NCBI GenBank assembly: GCA_964617765.1
Contig: CAZTZY010000004.1
Location: 15 to 64,014, forward strand
Origin: an uncultured Spongiibacteraceae bacterium
GTDB taxonomy: Bacteria > Pseudomonadota > Gammaproteobacteria > Pseudomonadales > DT-91
DNA: 64,000 bases
Direction of reading: 5' to 3'
Position numbers and translations under genes: made by a program
The notes under the pieces: model-generated
Database searches by the model: none
What the model saw: the letters and a program-made list of their open reading frames with translations, nothing else
What the model was told of the DNA's origin: nothing
Part shown: positions 9,386 to 18,405 of the stretch, in pieces
How the letters are laid out: each line of letters begins with the position of its first letter
Numbering within the stretch: the first letter of the stretch is position 1

Positions 9386-10589
9386 TCTATTGTTTACCGA
9401 TGATGATACAAGAAGGCAGCAAGCCATTGCCAGGCTGGAAAATTTCCATCGGCGTCCCTATTCAGTATTGTTGTTCATTATTGCAGGCGCATTAATGGCA
9501 TTTGCCTTGTGGGCCTGGTTTTTCAAGATTGATCAGGTGGCTCGAGCAAAAGGTGAGGTTATTGCCAGTAGCAGGGTTCAAATTATCCAGGCTGTTGATG
9601 GCGGGGTGCTGGCTGCCTTGAATGTAAAGGAGGGCGATACTGTTGAAAGAGGGCAGGTGTTAGCGCAGCTTGATCAAATCAAATTGGGTGCTTCCGTAAA
9701 AGAAATTGAGGCGCGCCTGTCTTCATTAAAGGTTAAGGCTATTCGACTAAGGGCTGAAGTGATTGGCGTGAATGAGCTGCAATTTCCATCAGAACTGAAT
9801 CAATATCCCGATTTGGTTCAGGTTGAACAGGCTTTGTTTCAACAGCGTCGACTGGGATTGAAAGAAGAAATTCGTACGATTGAAAATTCCATTAAACTTG
9901 CACAGGAAGAAACAGATTTAGTGCGGCAGTTAGTGAAATCGGGGGATGCCAATCGATCTGAAGTCATTCGTGCAGAAAATGCCCTGAATGAGGCTAATTC
10001 CAAATTGATTATCCGCAAGAACCGTTTTTTTGAAGAAGCCAGTTCAGAGTTGACCAAAGTGGAAGACGGCATTGCCCAAAATGAACAAGTGTTGGCACAG
10101 AGGCAGCAACAACTCGAAGACAGTACTTTCAGGGCGGTAGTGCCCGGTATTGTTAAAAACATCCGGGTGACTACCGTGGGCGGTGTGTTGCGTGCCGGTG
10201 AAGAGTTAATGCAAATTATCCCTATTGATGATCAGCTGATTATTGAGACAAAAGTGAGTCCGGTAGATATTGCCCAGATACGGCCAGGCTTGGCAGCCAT
10301 GATTCGTTTTGATCCTTTTGATTACACAATTTTTGGAGCGGTGGAAGGCAAGGTTGTATATGTGAGTGCTGATACACTAAAGGAAGATACGCCCAAAGGT
10401 GAAGAAATTTATTACCGCGTTCATGTGTCCAGCAATTCACTTCCTGTGACTACTACGACAGGAAAGGAAATCGATATTTTGCCGGGTATGACCGCGCAGG
10501 TTGATATTCGCACAGGAAGTCGAAGCGTATTGGATTACTTATTAAAGCCATTGCGTAAAACGGTGACTGAATCGTTTGGTGAAAGATAG
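9375..10589 (+). CDS. HlyD-family T1SS membrane fusion protein
   Basis: It has a single N-terminal TM segment (VLLFIIAGALMAFALWAWFF), a lipoyl-like segment (GEVIASSRVQIIQAVDGGVL), a long coiled-coil hairpin and a C-terminal beta-barrel (ILPGMTAQVDIRTG). It overlaps the ABC gene by 11 nt. Confidence 0.85.
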   Translation: MLFDLLFTDDDTRRQQAIARLENFHRRPYSVLLFIIAGALMAFALWAWFFKIDQVARAKGEVIASSRVQIIQAVDGGVLAALNVKEGDTVERGQVLAQLDQIKLGASVKEIEARLSSLKVKAIRLRAEVIGVNELQFPSELNQYPDLVQVEQALFQQRRLGLKEEIRTIENSIKLAQEETDLVRQLVKSGDANRSEVIRAENALNEANSKLIIRKNRFFEEASSELTKVEDGIAQNEQVLAQRQQQLEDSTFRAVVPGIVKNIRVTTVGGVLRAGEELMQIIPIDDQLIIETKVSPVDIAQIRPGLAAMIRFDPFDYTIFGAVEGKVVYVSADTLKEDTPKGEEIYYRVHVSSNSLPVTTTTGKEIDILPGMTAQVDIRTGSRSVLDYLLKPLRKTVTESFGER

Positions 10590-10718
10590 CTTGCTATACA
10601 ATATGGAAGTGCGTGCCATGTGTGATTTCTCATGCAATGAAAATATTGCGGGTAGAATTATTAGGGTATTCAGCGGACTCACATTTGCCGCTGCATGATT
10701 ACTCTCGTGACGGTAAAA

Positions 10719-11858
10719 TTATTCAGTGCTGAAGTTAAATTGCATTTGTCGAAGCTTGTCCAGTGCATAAGTGCTTAATACCGCGTTTTTATTTTCCGAA
10801 ATAATCCAGATGTCTTTTTCACTGTTGCTCAGGTTGTAAATGAACTTCTGCAGGGTTGCATGGGCTTTTTCTTCGGTGCTGGATTGTTGTTTGTAGTTAT
10901 TATGTCTTTGCAGCAAATATTTTTGGAAGGCCTGTTTTAATTCAGCAATCGACTTACTGCCAATTTTCTTCTCTATCAATTCCTCTACATAAGCTGTGGA
11001 AGCTATAGTGTCAAGAATCAGTTGCTCGCCTTTGTCAGTGAGTAATAGTTTTTTTGCGCGTTTATCAGAAGGGTCATCGACCCTGGCAATATAGTCAGCT
11101 TTTTCAATTTCGTTAGCCAGTTGGCTGATTGCCTGTTTTGATATGCCATTCAGTTCGGCAAGATCATTAATGCGCACACCTTGCTGGGTAATTTTTTCGA
11201 GGACTTGCCAGTAAGAGCGTTTTAACGGTGCATGACCTTTTTGGGCATTTTTTTCCTGCATTAATAAATCCAGTTGTGTCGCTATTGAGGTGACATAGGC
11301 AATCAGGGGTAATTCACTGGAGATTTCCGGAGTATACGCCCCGGCATCAGGATATTTTAATGACAGGCTTTTAAATAACGCATGTGAATGAGTTTTTAGT
11401 GCATAAAAAGCTGTTTCACCCATGTTTGATTTGAGTCTGGCATCTGTATCGCTGGTAAAGCTGGCGGCCTGGCGAATCAGATGAATACCTTGCGTTGTCA
11501 GGATCAGTTTTTTCGAGCGCTTGTCAGTCTGGTCATCTGCGCGGGTAATGTACCCAAGGCTTTCCAGTTCATTGGCAATTTGCCCAATAGCTTGTTTGCT
11601 GACCCCTTGGGATTTGGCAATATCGACGATGCGTGTGCCTGTGCTGGAAATTTGCGGCAAAATCAGTGCATGGGAAAGTTTGAGCCCTTTATGACCAGCG
11701 GCCAGAGCCTTATCCATCAAATCCTTGTAAATGTCATCTGCCAACAATGAGTAATACAAGCAAAGATTGTCGGAGAGGTTATTAAGTTTGTGGCTAAGTT
11801 TTTCGGTCGTCATGATCTTCACATCGTTATTGTGAGTAGAGTGTAGCATAAAGGACAA
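10719..11858 (-). CDS. Tandem (duplicated) MarR-family transcriptional regulator
   Basis: One chain carries two winged-HTH units. Unit 1: TRIVDIAKSQGVSKQAIGQIANELESLGYITRADDQTDKRSKKLILTTQG. Unit 2: VRINDLAELNGISKQAISQLANEIEKADYIARVDDPSDKRAKKLLLTDKG. The ORF-track start is TTG; ATG candidates are at 11849 and 11813. Confidence 0.75.
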   Translation of the reverse strand: MSFMLHSTHNNDVKIMTTEKLSHKLNNLSDNLCLYYSLLADDIYKDLMDKALAAGHKGLKLSHALILPQISSTGTRIVDIAKSQGVSKQAIGQIANELESLGYITRADDQTDKRSKKLILTTQGIHLIRQAASFTSDTDARLKSNMGETAFYALKTHSHALFKSLSLKYPDAGAYTPEISSELPLIAYVTSIATQLDLLMQEKNAQKGHAPLKRSYWQVLEKITQQGVRINDLAELNGISKQAISQLANEIEKADYIARVDDPSDKRAKKLLLTDKGEQLILDTIASTAYVEELIEKKIGSKSIAELKQAFQKYLLQRHNNYKQQSSTEEKAHATLQKFIYNLSNSEKDIWIISENKNAVLSTYALDKLRQMQFNFSTE

Positions 11859-12858
11859 TCGATATTGACTATATAGACAGGTATAATTTACTGTTTATTT
11901 TCCCGCAATATTTTGTTGAATGACTCCTTTTCAGGTATTTGTCATGAAAATAGTTAGATTTGATCTGATCTGTATTTCCATAAAGTTATTGAACCCCCTT
12001 ATCCTGGAAACTCGAATCGTATATTTGGGTATTGGTCAACGATTTGCTTGAGTAGTATTTGATCGAATTACAGGACTAATATCCTGCCTGATTTGTGGTG
12101 TACCTGCCGATGGTAGTTATTTTACGTCTGATTATAATTCCTTGAAATGGTGAGTATTGGTTGTGAAAATTAATCAATTTGCTGTTATCGTGCAATAAAA
12201 ACGAGTTTAAAGTTCTGCCTGCAGCTGCAGGCAAGTATTGATGTTGTGTCGACTTTGCAAACAGGCGGCAAAACCTGATTGGATTGCTGGGTATGGAAAA
12301 GCAGTTCGCATTGATGGTTCTGCCAGGTTATTGCTCGGAACTGCGAGGGTATATATTGAATTATATGGGAAAATCCTGATGTGTATGATGACCCTCGTAA
12401 AACCATGGGGCACTGCGGTTTTGGTATTCATGCCTGCGTGGATTCTGAAGAAATTCTAAAATGGTTGCCATAGTATGCATTGACGAATCAGCTTTGTAGT
12501 GTATGCATTCTCCCAATGTTCGTGGGTTTATTCATATCCCGTTGCCCTGCAGGTTTTAAACCAGTCTTTTCTGTTAAATGTTCAAATTTTGCACTGTTTT
12601 TGAGCGTCCCATGCTCCGGTCTTCTATTACCAACTATTATATTTGTGTTTGTGTCTAGCTCATGTAGAATCAGGAACTTATCGTAGAAAAGTAAAACAAT
12701 TTTAATAATAAATAATAACGTAAAAAATGCGCTCACTGCCCATCAAAATTTCCTGATGTTTGTGCTCCTGAAACTCAATACGCAGTTTACGTTTGGTTTT
12801 ACTTGTAAAAAACGAATCAAAATCGGATTAATCCATAAACATAATGGATGGATGAAGA

Positions 12859-13386
12859 ATGAAGAATCTTAGAAATCTGGGTGCTTATTGCGGGCAGGTA
12901 ATTTTTTTTCTGTTCATTTCATATGCTGCAATCGCTGCAGACCTTAATCAGGAAAAAACGCAATTAAAAGTTGATGTAGATGCCTTGGGAAGAGATATTG
13001 CTGCTGTTGAAAAGGATATTTTATTGCCCTCTGCCTCTCGTGTTGAGGTTTTTTTATCATTGGCTCCCAATGTTGAATATACGCTCAAGTCAGTCACTTT
13101 GCTTCTTGATGGCAATGAAGTAGCCAGTCATACCTATTCCGGGGCGGATATCAAATCATTGTTGTTTGGTGCCCTGCATACAGTTTGGCAGGGTAATGTC
13201 GACTCAGGTTCGCATGTATTGCAGGCAAAATTTTCAGGCATTGATCGTAAGGATAAACCCGTACAAAACACGGCAACACTAGACTTTGAAAAATCAGCCA
13301 ATCATCGTTCTCTGGAGTTGAAAATTACTTTTACTGAAGAGGATAAGATTGTGGTGTATTCGGTAAAGGATTGGGGTGATAAATAA
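12859..13386 (+). CDS. Secreted protein of unknown function (signal peptide, short coiled coil, beta-rich domain); first gene of the TPR/ExbBD/TonB-like operon
   Basis: The N-terminal hydrophobic signal is VIFFLFISYAAIAADL. There are only 2 nt between its stop and the next start. I recognise no family motif. Confidence 0.55.
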   Translation: MKNLRNLGAYCGQVIFFLFISYAAIAADLNQEKTQLKVDVDALGRDIAAVEKDILLPSASRVEVFLSLAPNVEYTLKSVTLLLDGNEVASHTYSGADIKSLLFGALHTVWQGNVDSGSHVLQAKFSGIDRKDKPVQNTATLDFEKSANHRSLELKITFTEEDKIVVYSVKDWGDK

Positions 13387-13388
13387 AA

Positions 13389-14852
13389 ATGAAATCATCA
13401 ACTAGATTTATTGCTATTGCCGCAGCATTGTTTTCCTGCTGCGTACAGGCAAAAACCAATTTTTGGGCGGTGGATGCAGCTTCGCCTGTTGCTGAAGATA
13501 TTCCGTATCGTGCGGCACATTTTTTTCAGCGCTCGCACGAGTATGAAAAAGCTTTGGCAGTATTGTCGACAGCCAATCGAGCTTCTGCATCGGCGGTGGT
13601 AAATGCCCATAGGGATATGCTGGCAGGATATTTGAACATATTGCTCAAGCGTTATGAGGATGCCGAGCGTTCTTTGGCGGGCTTGGGTGACCCACAAATA
13701 TTTTCTGATTATAACGCCCAGGTTTTGTATCCATTGGCGCGTGCTTATTATGGTCAATCGCGTTGTGATAAGGCATTAGGCACGATTGCCAGGGCGCAGG
13801 GATTTCATCCTGAAATAAATGCCCGTGTGATGCATATTCGGGTTGCCTGTATGTTGCAGCAAAGTTCCGATGCCAGTGTGATTAGCCAGGCTGAAAGTGT
13901 TATCAATGATGCATTAATGACAAAAAGCGATGTTGATAAAATGTGGTTTGCCTATGCGTATTATAATCTGGCTAGTGCGGCTGCAGGGCAATTCCAGAAT
14001 TACATGGATGCAGATCGATTTTTTAATGAAGCCCTGAAGTATGCCGATAATTCATCGGAAGGATTAGCATTAAAAGAGCGTACATTGCTGAATCTGGGTT
14101 TTGCTAATTATGCGGATAACCGTTTTGACTATGCGGCGAAGGCGTTTGCCGAGTTGCCAGTAGATGGAATATGGGCTGATGTGGCGCTCTTGGCTTATGG
14201 GTGGGCGTCTTTAAATAGCTATAAGCCCGATATGGCTATTGAGTCATGGCGGCAATTGGTCAATCTGCCCTATAAATCTGCTGCGGTTTATGATGGTTAT
14301 ATGGCAATTCCGCAGGCTTATGAAAAGGCAACATCCTATTCCGAAGCATTAGCTGCATATGATGAGGCTATTGTTGAATTCTCGAAGCTGGCGAATGATA
14401 TTGATGGATTACTGAAAACATTGTCACGTCAAAAAATCCATGAGTATGCGATCCAGTACTCTCAGGATAACAAAGAAACCGCAAAAAACTTGCCGGCATT
14501 ATTGGCTCGTACTTATACAGAAGATAATTTGCGGGGCAAGGTTGAGTTTATTAATGACATCGAGTCGTATAAAAAACGTTTGACGGAGTATGAAAAAGTA
14601 TTGCAACAATTACAGGCTAAAGGCGGGGCGGAGGCGGTTAAATTAAAAGTCTTGCAAAATAATATTGTTTCATTAAGGCAGCGGAGCGAGAAAGTGCTAG
14701 TGATTGAAGAGACTCAATTATTGGAGCAGACCCTGGTTATGCTGAATCAGCAAAAGAAGAAGATCATGCAATATACACTCGATGCACGGATTACCAATGC
14801 GCGTTTGCAAGAGGAGTTTTTTCAGCGTGGGGGTCGTAGATTATGGCGATAA
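13389..14852 (+). CDS. Secreted or lipoprotein TPR-like helical-repeat protein with a C-terminal coiled coil
   Basis: The signal/lipobox-like N-terminus is IAIAAALFSCC. It has repeated TPR-like helices (YEKALAVL, YEDAERSL, CDKALGTI, FDYAAKAF, YSEALAAYDEAI) and a coiled-coil tail (KKRLTEYEKVLQQLQAK). Its stop overlaps the next start (TAATG). Confidence 0.6.
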   Translation: MKSSTRFIAIAAALFSCCVQAKTNFWAVDAASPVAEDIPYRAAHFFQRSHEYEKALAVLSTANRASASAVVNAHRDMLAGYLNILLKRYEDAERSLAGLGDPQIFSDYNAQVLYPLARAYYGQSRCDKALGTIARAQGFHPEINARVMHIRVACMLQQSSDASVISQAESVINDALMTKSDVDKMWFAYAYYNLASAAAGQFQNYMDADRFFNEALKYADNSSEGLALKERTLLNLGFANYADNRFDYAAKAFAELPVDGIWADVALLAYGWASLNSYKPDMAIESWRQLVNLPYKSAAVYDGYMAIPQAYEKATSYSEALAAYDEAIVEFSKLANDIDGLLKTLSRQKIHEYAIQYSQDNKETAKNLPALLARTYTEDNLRGKVEFINDIESYKKRLTEYEKVLQQLQAKGGAEAVKLKVLQNNIVSLRQRSEKVLVIEETQLLEQTLVMLNQQKKKIMQYTLDARITNARLQEEFFQRGGRRLWR

Positions 14853-17680
14853 TGCAACGATTAGGCCTATTGTTTGTCATTTTGAGTTTAGGGGCTTGTG
14901 TATCCAATACGGCTAAAAGGGAAACAGTAGATTCCCAAGAGCCCTTTTTGTTACGAGAGTTAATTCCTTTTTATGTTTCCAATACTACCGATGTAGTAAA
15001 GGTAGGAACAGACAAGTTAATTGCTAATTATCGTGATCTCTTGACGCGTATTAATGATCCGAAGCTGATAGCAGCAATTACTGCTCGTGTAGCTGACCTT
15101 GAATTGCTCTTGCAAGATCAGTTGGTAGCGCAAGCTGAAGATGCTGATAAGGTTTACATCGCAGATTATAGTAAGGCTATCAAAGCCTATATTGAAATAT
15201 TAACGAGATTCCCCAAACTTGAAAATAATGATCAAACCTATTACCAGTTAGCCAAGGCTTACGATATGGGAGCGCAAGGCGATAACTCCCTTAATGCATT
15301 AACCCAGTTGGTGACCAAATATCCTGAATCTATCTATTTTGTGGAGGCGCAATTCAGGCGAGGTGATTATCTGTTCTCCAAGGGTCGGTATAAGGACGCC
15401 CAGGTTGCTTATCAGGCTGCCATTGATAAAGGTAAAGAAACTCCATTCTATGAGAATGCTTTATATATGAACGGCTGGACCGCTTTCAAGCGTACTTCTT
15501 ATGATCTGGCTTTGTTGAATTTTACCGGGGTTCTTGATCGCAGCTTGCCAGAAAATGGCCACATGGAAGGGGTGGATACTACCAAGTTGCCACTGGTGGA
15601 AGATAGTTTACGTATCATGGGCATAGTTTTCGCTTATATGGATGGCGGTAAATCGATTGCTGAAACCTATGACAATCTTGGGCGTCGTGGTTATGAAGGT
15701 TTGTTATATGAGCAATTGGGTGATTTGCTGGTTGAGCAAGAGCGTTATAAAGATGCTATTGATACCTATAAAGATTACATTGCCATAAATCCTTCCAGTC
15801 AATATGCGCCCGCATTGCATAATAAAGTATTAAAAACCATGCAGCTGGCGAAATTTTTTAATAAATCCTTTATTGAAAAAGAAAGTTTTATCAATACTTA
15901 TGATAGCGCCGGTGATTACTACGCCCAGGCTGATGAACTTACACAAGCCTATATCAATCCGTTTTTGTATACCTATATCGATGAGGTTGCTCGGTTTTAT
16001 CATTCGCGCGCCAAGAAGGCGAAAGCTGCAACTGTTGATAAACAGGGTAACATGCAAAAAGATTATGCTACCGCTATCAGCTTTTATGAGAAGTTTGTCA
16101 GTAATTTCCCTGAAGATGCCAATGCCCCTGAAAAAGTTTTTATGATGGGTGAGATTTATGCAGATATTGGGGATTATGAAAAAGCTGTTAAGGCTTATGA
16201 GCAAGCGGCTTATGATTTCCCTATCAATTTTTATTCTGAAGATGCCGTTTATGCATCTATTCTTGCCTACACTCAATTGCTTTTGGAAGAAAAAGATCCT
16301 GAAAAACATAAAGTGCTGGTTGAGCGTAAACTGGCAGCGCAGGTGGCTTTAACCGAGAAGTATGCGTTTAGTAAATACAGTCGTCCGGTTATGCTGGATG
16401 CCATTGATACCCTTTATACCGAGAAAGATTATACGCGTGTTGTGGAGCAATCCGAGCGTTTTCTGGTATTGGAGCCAGCACCTACAAAAGATGAAGAAGC
16501 GAATGTATCTATTGTGTTAGGTCATAGCCAGTTTGAATTGAAGAATTTCCCTGCATCGGAAGCAGCTTATGAAAGGGCACTTGCGATTCTGGAACCTAGT
16601 GATCCAAGAGCTATAGACATTGTCGACAGAATTGCAGGTGCTGTTTATCGTAAAGCGGAAGGTTTATATGCCGAAGGCAATAAAGAGGGCGCGATTGATG
16701 AGTTTTTGCGCGTAGCCCAAGTGGCGCCCACTTCACAATTCAGGAAAAATGCCGAATATGATGCGGCAACCTATTTGTTAGAGATTAAAGATTGGAAGCG
16801 TGCGCTGGATGTTTTGAGTGGCTATCGAACCAGATTTGATCAGGATGCCAGTAGCCTTGATGTCTCTGCAAAATTCCTGATGGCTTATGAGGGATTGGAG
16901 CGTTTCGATTTGGCTGCATCAGAGCTAACACGTGTTTCAGCGCTTTCCGAGGATCCTGAGAAAAAACGCCAGGCTTTGTTTTTATCAGCTGAATATTATG
17001 AAAAAGCGGGTCAGGAAAACCGTTCTCTGGCAATGTATAAAGAATACCTTGATGCCTATCCCCAGCCTTTTGATCTGGCTATGGAAACGCGTTATAAGTT
17101 GAGCGAGGCTTATAAAAAGCAGAAAGATATCCAGACGTATCGTTATTGGCTGGAAGAGATGATTGCCTTCGATACTTCGGCGGGTGCAGAAAGAACGGAT
17201 AGGTCAAAATATCTGGCAGCTTCAGCGAAAAATGTTTTTGCTGAAGATTTTCGTGTGGCTTTTGAGTCGATCAAGTTAACTTTGCCATTGAATGAATCCT
17301 TGCCTAACAAAAAAGAAGCACTGGAAGTGGCATTAAGCAAATATCAGGAAATTATTGATTACGGTGTTCAGGAATTTACCACGCAGGCGACGTTTTATCT
17401 GGGTGGTATATATGCGACGCTGAGTAAGGATTTGATTGATTCTGATCGCCCGGCGGGTTTTGATGAACTCGCGCTGGAGCAATATACCATCCTGTTAGAA
17501 GAAGAGGCTCTGCCTTTTGAAGATAAAGCGATTGAAATCCATGAGGCCAATGTGCTGAATAGTAAAGCGGGATTTTACGATAAGTGGGTGTCAAAAAGTA
17601 TTGATGCTTTAGCCAAGTTACAGCCAGGTCGTTATAACAAGAAAGAAGAACAAGGGGGGTATAGTAATGCGATTTACTAA
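14843..17680 (+). CDS. Large TPR lipoprotein (~940 aa), positionally and architecturally GltD/AgmU-like
   Basis: The lipobox is VILSLGAC. TPR-type repeats run through the whole protein (YYQLAKAY, EAQFRRGDYLFSKGRYKDAQVAYQ, YENALYMNGW, MGEIYADIGDYEKAVKAYEQ...). An alternative ATG at 14852 overlaps the upstream stop. The GltD assignment rests on architecture and gene order only. Confidence 0.6.
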   Translation: MAIMQRLGLLFVILSLGACVSNTAKRETVDSQEPFLLRELIPFYVSNTTDVVKVGTDKLIANYRDLLTRINDPKLIAAITARVADLELLLQDQLVAQAEDADKVYIADYSKAIKAYIEILTRFPKLENNDQTYYQLAKAYDMGAQGDNSLNALTQLVTKYPESIYFVEAQFRRGDYLFSKGRYKDAQVAYQAAIDKGKETPFYENALYMNGWTAFKRTSYDLALLNFTGVLDRSLPENGHMEGVDTTKLPLVEDSLRIMGIVFAYMDGGKSIAETYDNLGRRGYEGLLYEQLGDLLVEQERYKDAIDTYKDYIAINPSSQYAPALHNKVLKTMQLAKFFNKSFIEKESFINTYDSAGDYYAQADELTQAYINPFLYTYIDEVARFYHSRAKKAKAATVDKQGNMQKDYATAISFYEKFVSNFPEDANAPEKVFMMGEIYADIGDYEKAVKAYEQAAYDFPINFYSEDAVYASILAYTQLLLEEKDPEKHKVLVERKLAAQVALTEKYAFSKYSRPVMLDAIDTLYTEKDYTRVVEQSERFLVLEPAPTKDEEANVSIVLGHSQFELKNFPASEAAYERALAILEPSDPRAIDIVDRIAGAVYRKAEGLYAEGNKEGAIDEFLRVAQVAPTSQFRKNAEYDAATYLLEIKDWKRALDVLSGYRTRFDQDASSLDVSAKFLMAYEGLERFDLAASELTRVSALSEDPEKKRQALFLSAEYYEKAGQENRSLAMYKEYLDAYPQPFDLAMETRYKLSEAYKKQKDIQTYRYWLEEMIAFDTSAGAERTDRSKYLAASAKNVFAEDFRVAFESIKLTLPLNESLPNKKEALEVALSKYQEIIDYGVQEFTTQATFYLGGIYATLSKDLIDSDRPAGFDELALEQYTILLEEEALPFEDKAIEIHEANVLNSKAGFYDKWVSKSIDALAKLQPGRYNKKEEQGGYSNAIY

Positions 17681-18404
17681 TCCTGGAAAAATATCTGCGT
17701 TATTATTTATAACGGTATTTTTTCTCGTATCTTGTGGGGGTGCCGATAAAAAAGAAGAAGAGCCCGTTGCATTAACGACGGAGCAAATACGTATTATGGA
17801 ATTGGTCAAGTTTGGGCCTGACCCCTATTTGGCTACGGCGCCTGTGTTCAAGAAGGAAGATAAAGAGGCAAAAGCAAAATTTGATGCATTGAAGGCTGAA
17901 TTTGAATCAGCAACCAAGTTATTGGCGAGTGACGAGGCTGCCGCAGAAGTTAAGTTAAAAGCTCTAATGGAAAAATACCCAACCTATTCTGGCCCTGTCT
18001 ATAATTTGGCGGTATTGGAAAAGAATCGCGGTAATGTAAAAGCTGAGAAGGACTATCTGGACGAAGCTATAAAGCGAAACCCAATGAATTTTAGTGCGCG
18101 AAATTTGCGGGCTTTAATCTATCGTGATGATGGCAAGTTTGCAGATGCTGAAAAAGAATATCTCGAAATTATCAAATTATGGGGAGGCTATCTAACAGCC
18201 TATAAAAATATTGGTATCTTGTATGATTTGTATATGGGCAGATCCAGTGACGCGTTACCCTATTATAAAAAATACAATTTCCTGATTCCGACGCCAGATA
18301 AACAGGTTACGGGCTGGATTGTTGATATCGAAAGACGCGTTGGTACACAGCCAGTTCCTCAGGTTCAGGAATCAGCTCCAACTACTGATTCGGGAGGGCA
18401 ATAG
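17667..18404 (+). CDS. Small TPR lipoprotein (245 aa), positionally GltE/AglT-like
   Basis: The lipobox is FFLVSCGG. TPR repeats include PVYNLAVLEKNRGNVKAEKDYLDEAIKRNP and ARNLRALIYRDDGKFADAEKEYLE. An AAGGGGGG RBS lies upstream. It overlaps the previous gene by 14 nt. Confidence 0.6.
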   Translation: MRFTNPGKISALLFITVFFLVSCGGADKKEEEPVALTTEQIRIMELVKFGPDPYLATAPVFKKEDKEAKAKFDALKAEFESATKLLASDEAAAEVKLKALMEKYPTYSGPVYNLAVLEKNRGNVKAEKDYLDEAIKRNPMNFSARNLRALIYRDDGKFADAEKEYLEIIKLWGGYLTAYKNIGILYDLYMGRSSDALPYYKKYNFLIPTPDKQVTGWIVDIERRVGTQPVPQVQESAPTTDSGGQ

Positions 18405-18405
18405 C

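Noticed and set aside
12185-12736. Five small overlapping ORFs (68-82 aa) in the 1-kb gap, on both strands
   Set aside because: They are mutually exclusive overlaps with odd composition (Cys- or Phe-rich) and no RBS or recognisable domain. I treat the region as non-coding pending transcript or Ribo-seq data; it is reported as a finding instead.
15830-16309. 159-aa minus-strand ORF, and 67-90 aa plus-strand out-of-frame ORFs, inside the large TPR lipoprotein gene
   Set aside because: These are AT-rich, Ile/Phe/Lys-rich artefactual frames within a well-supported 945-aa ORF. No independent signals support them.
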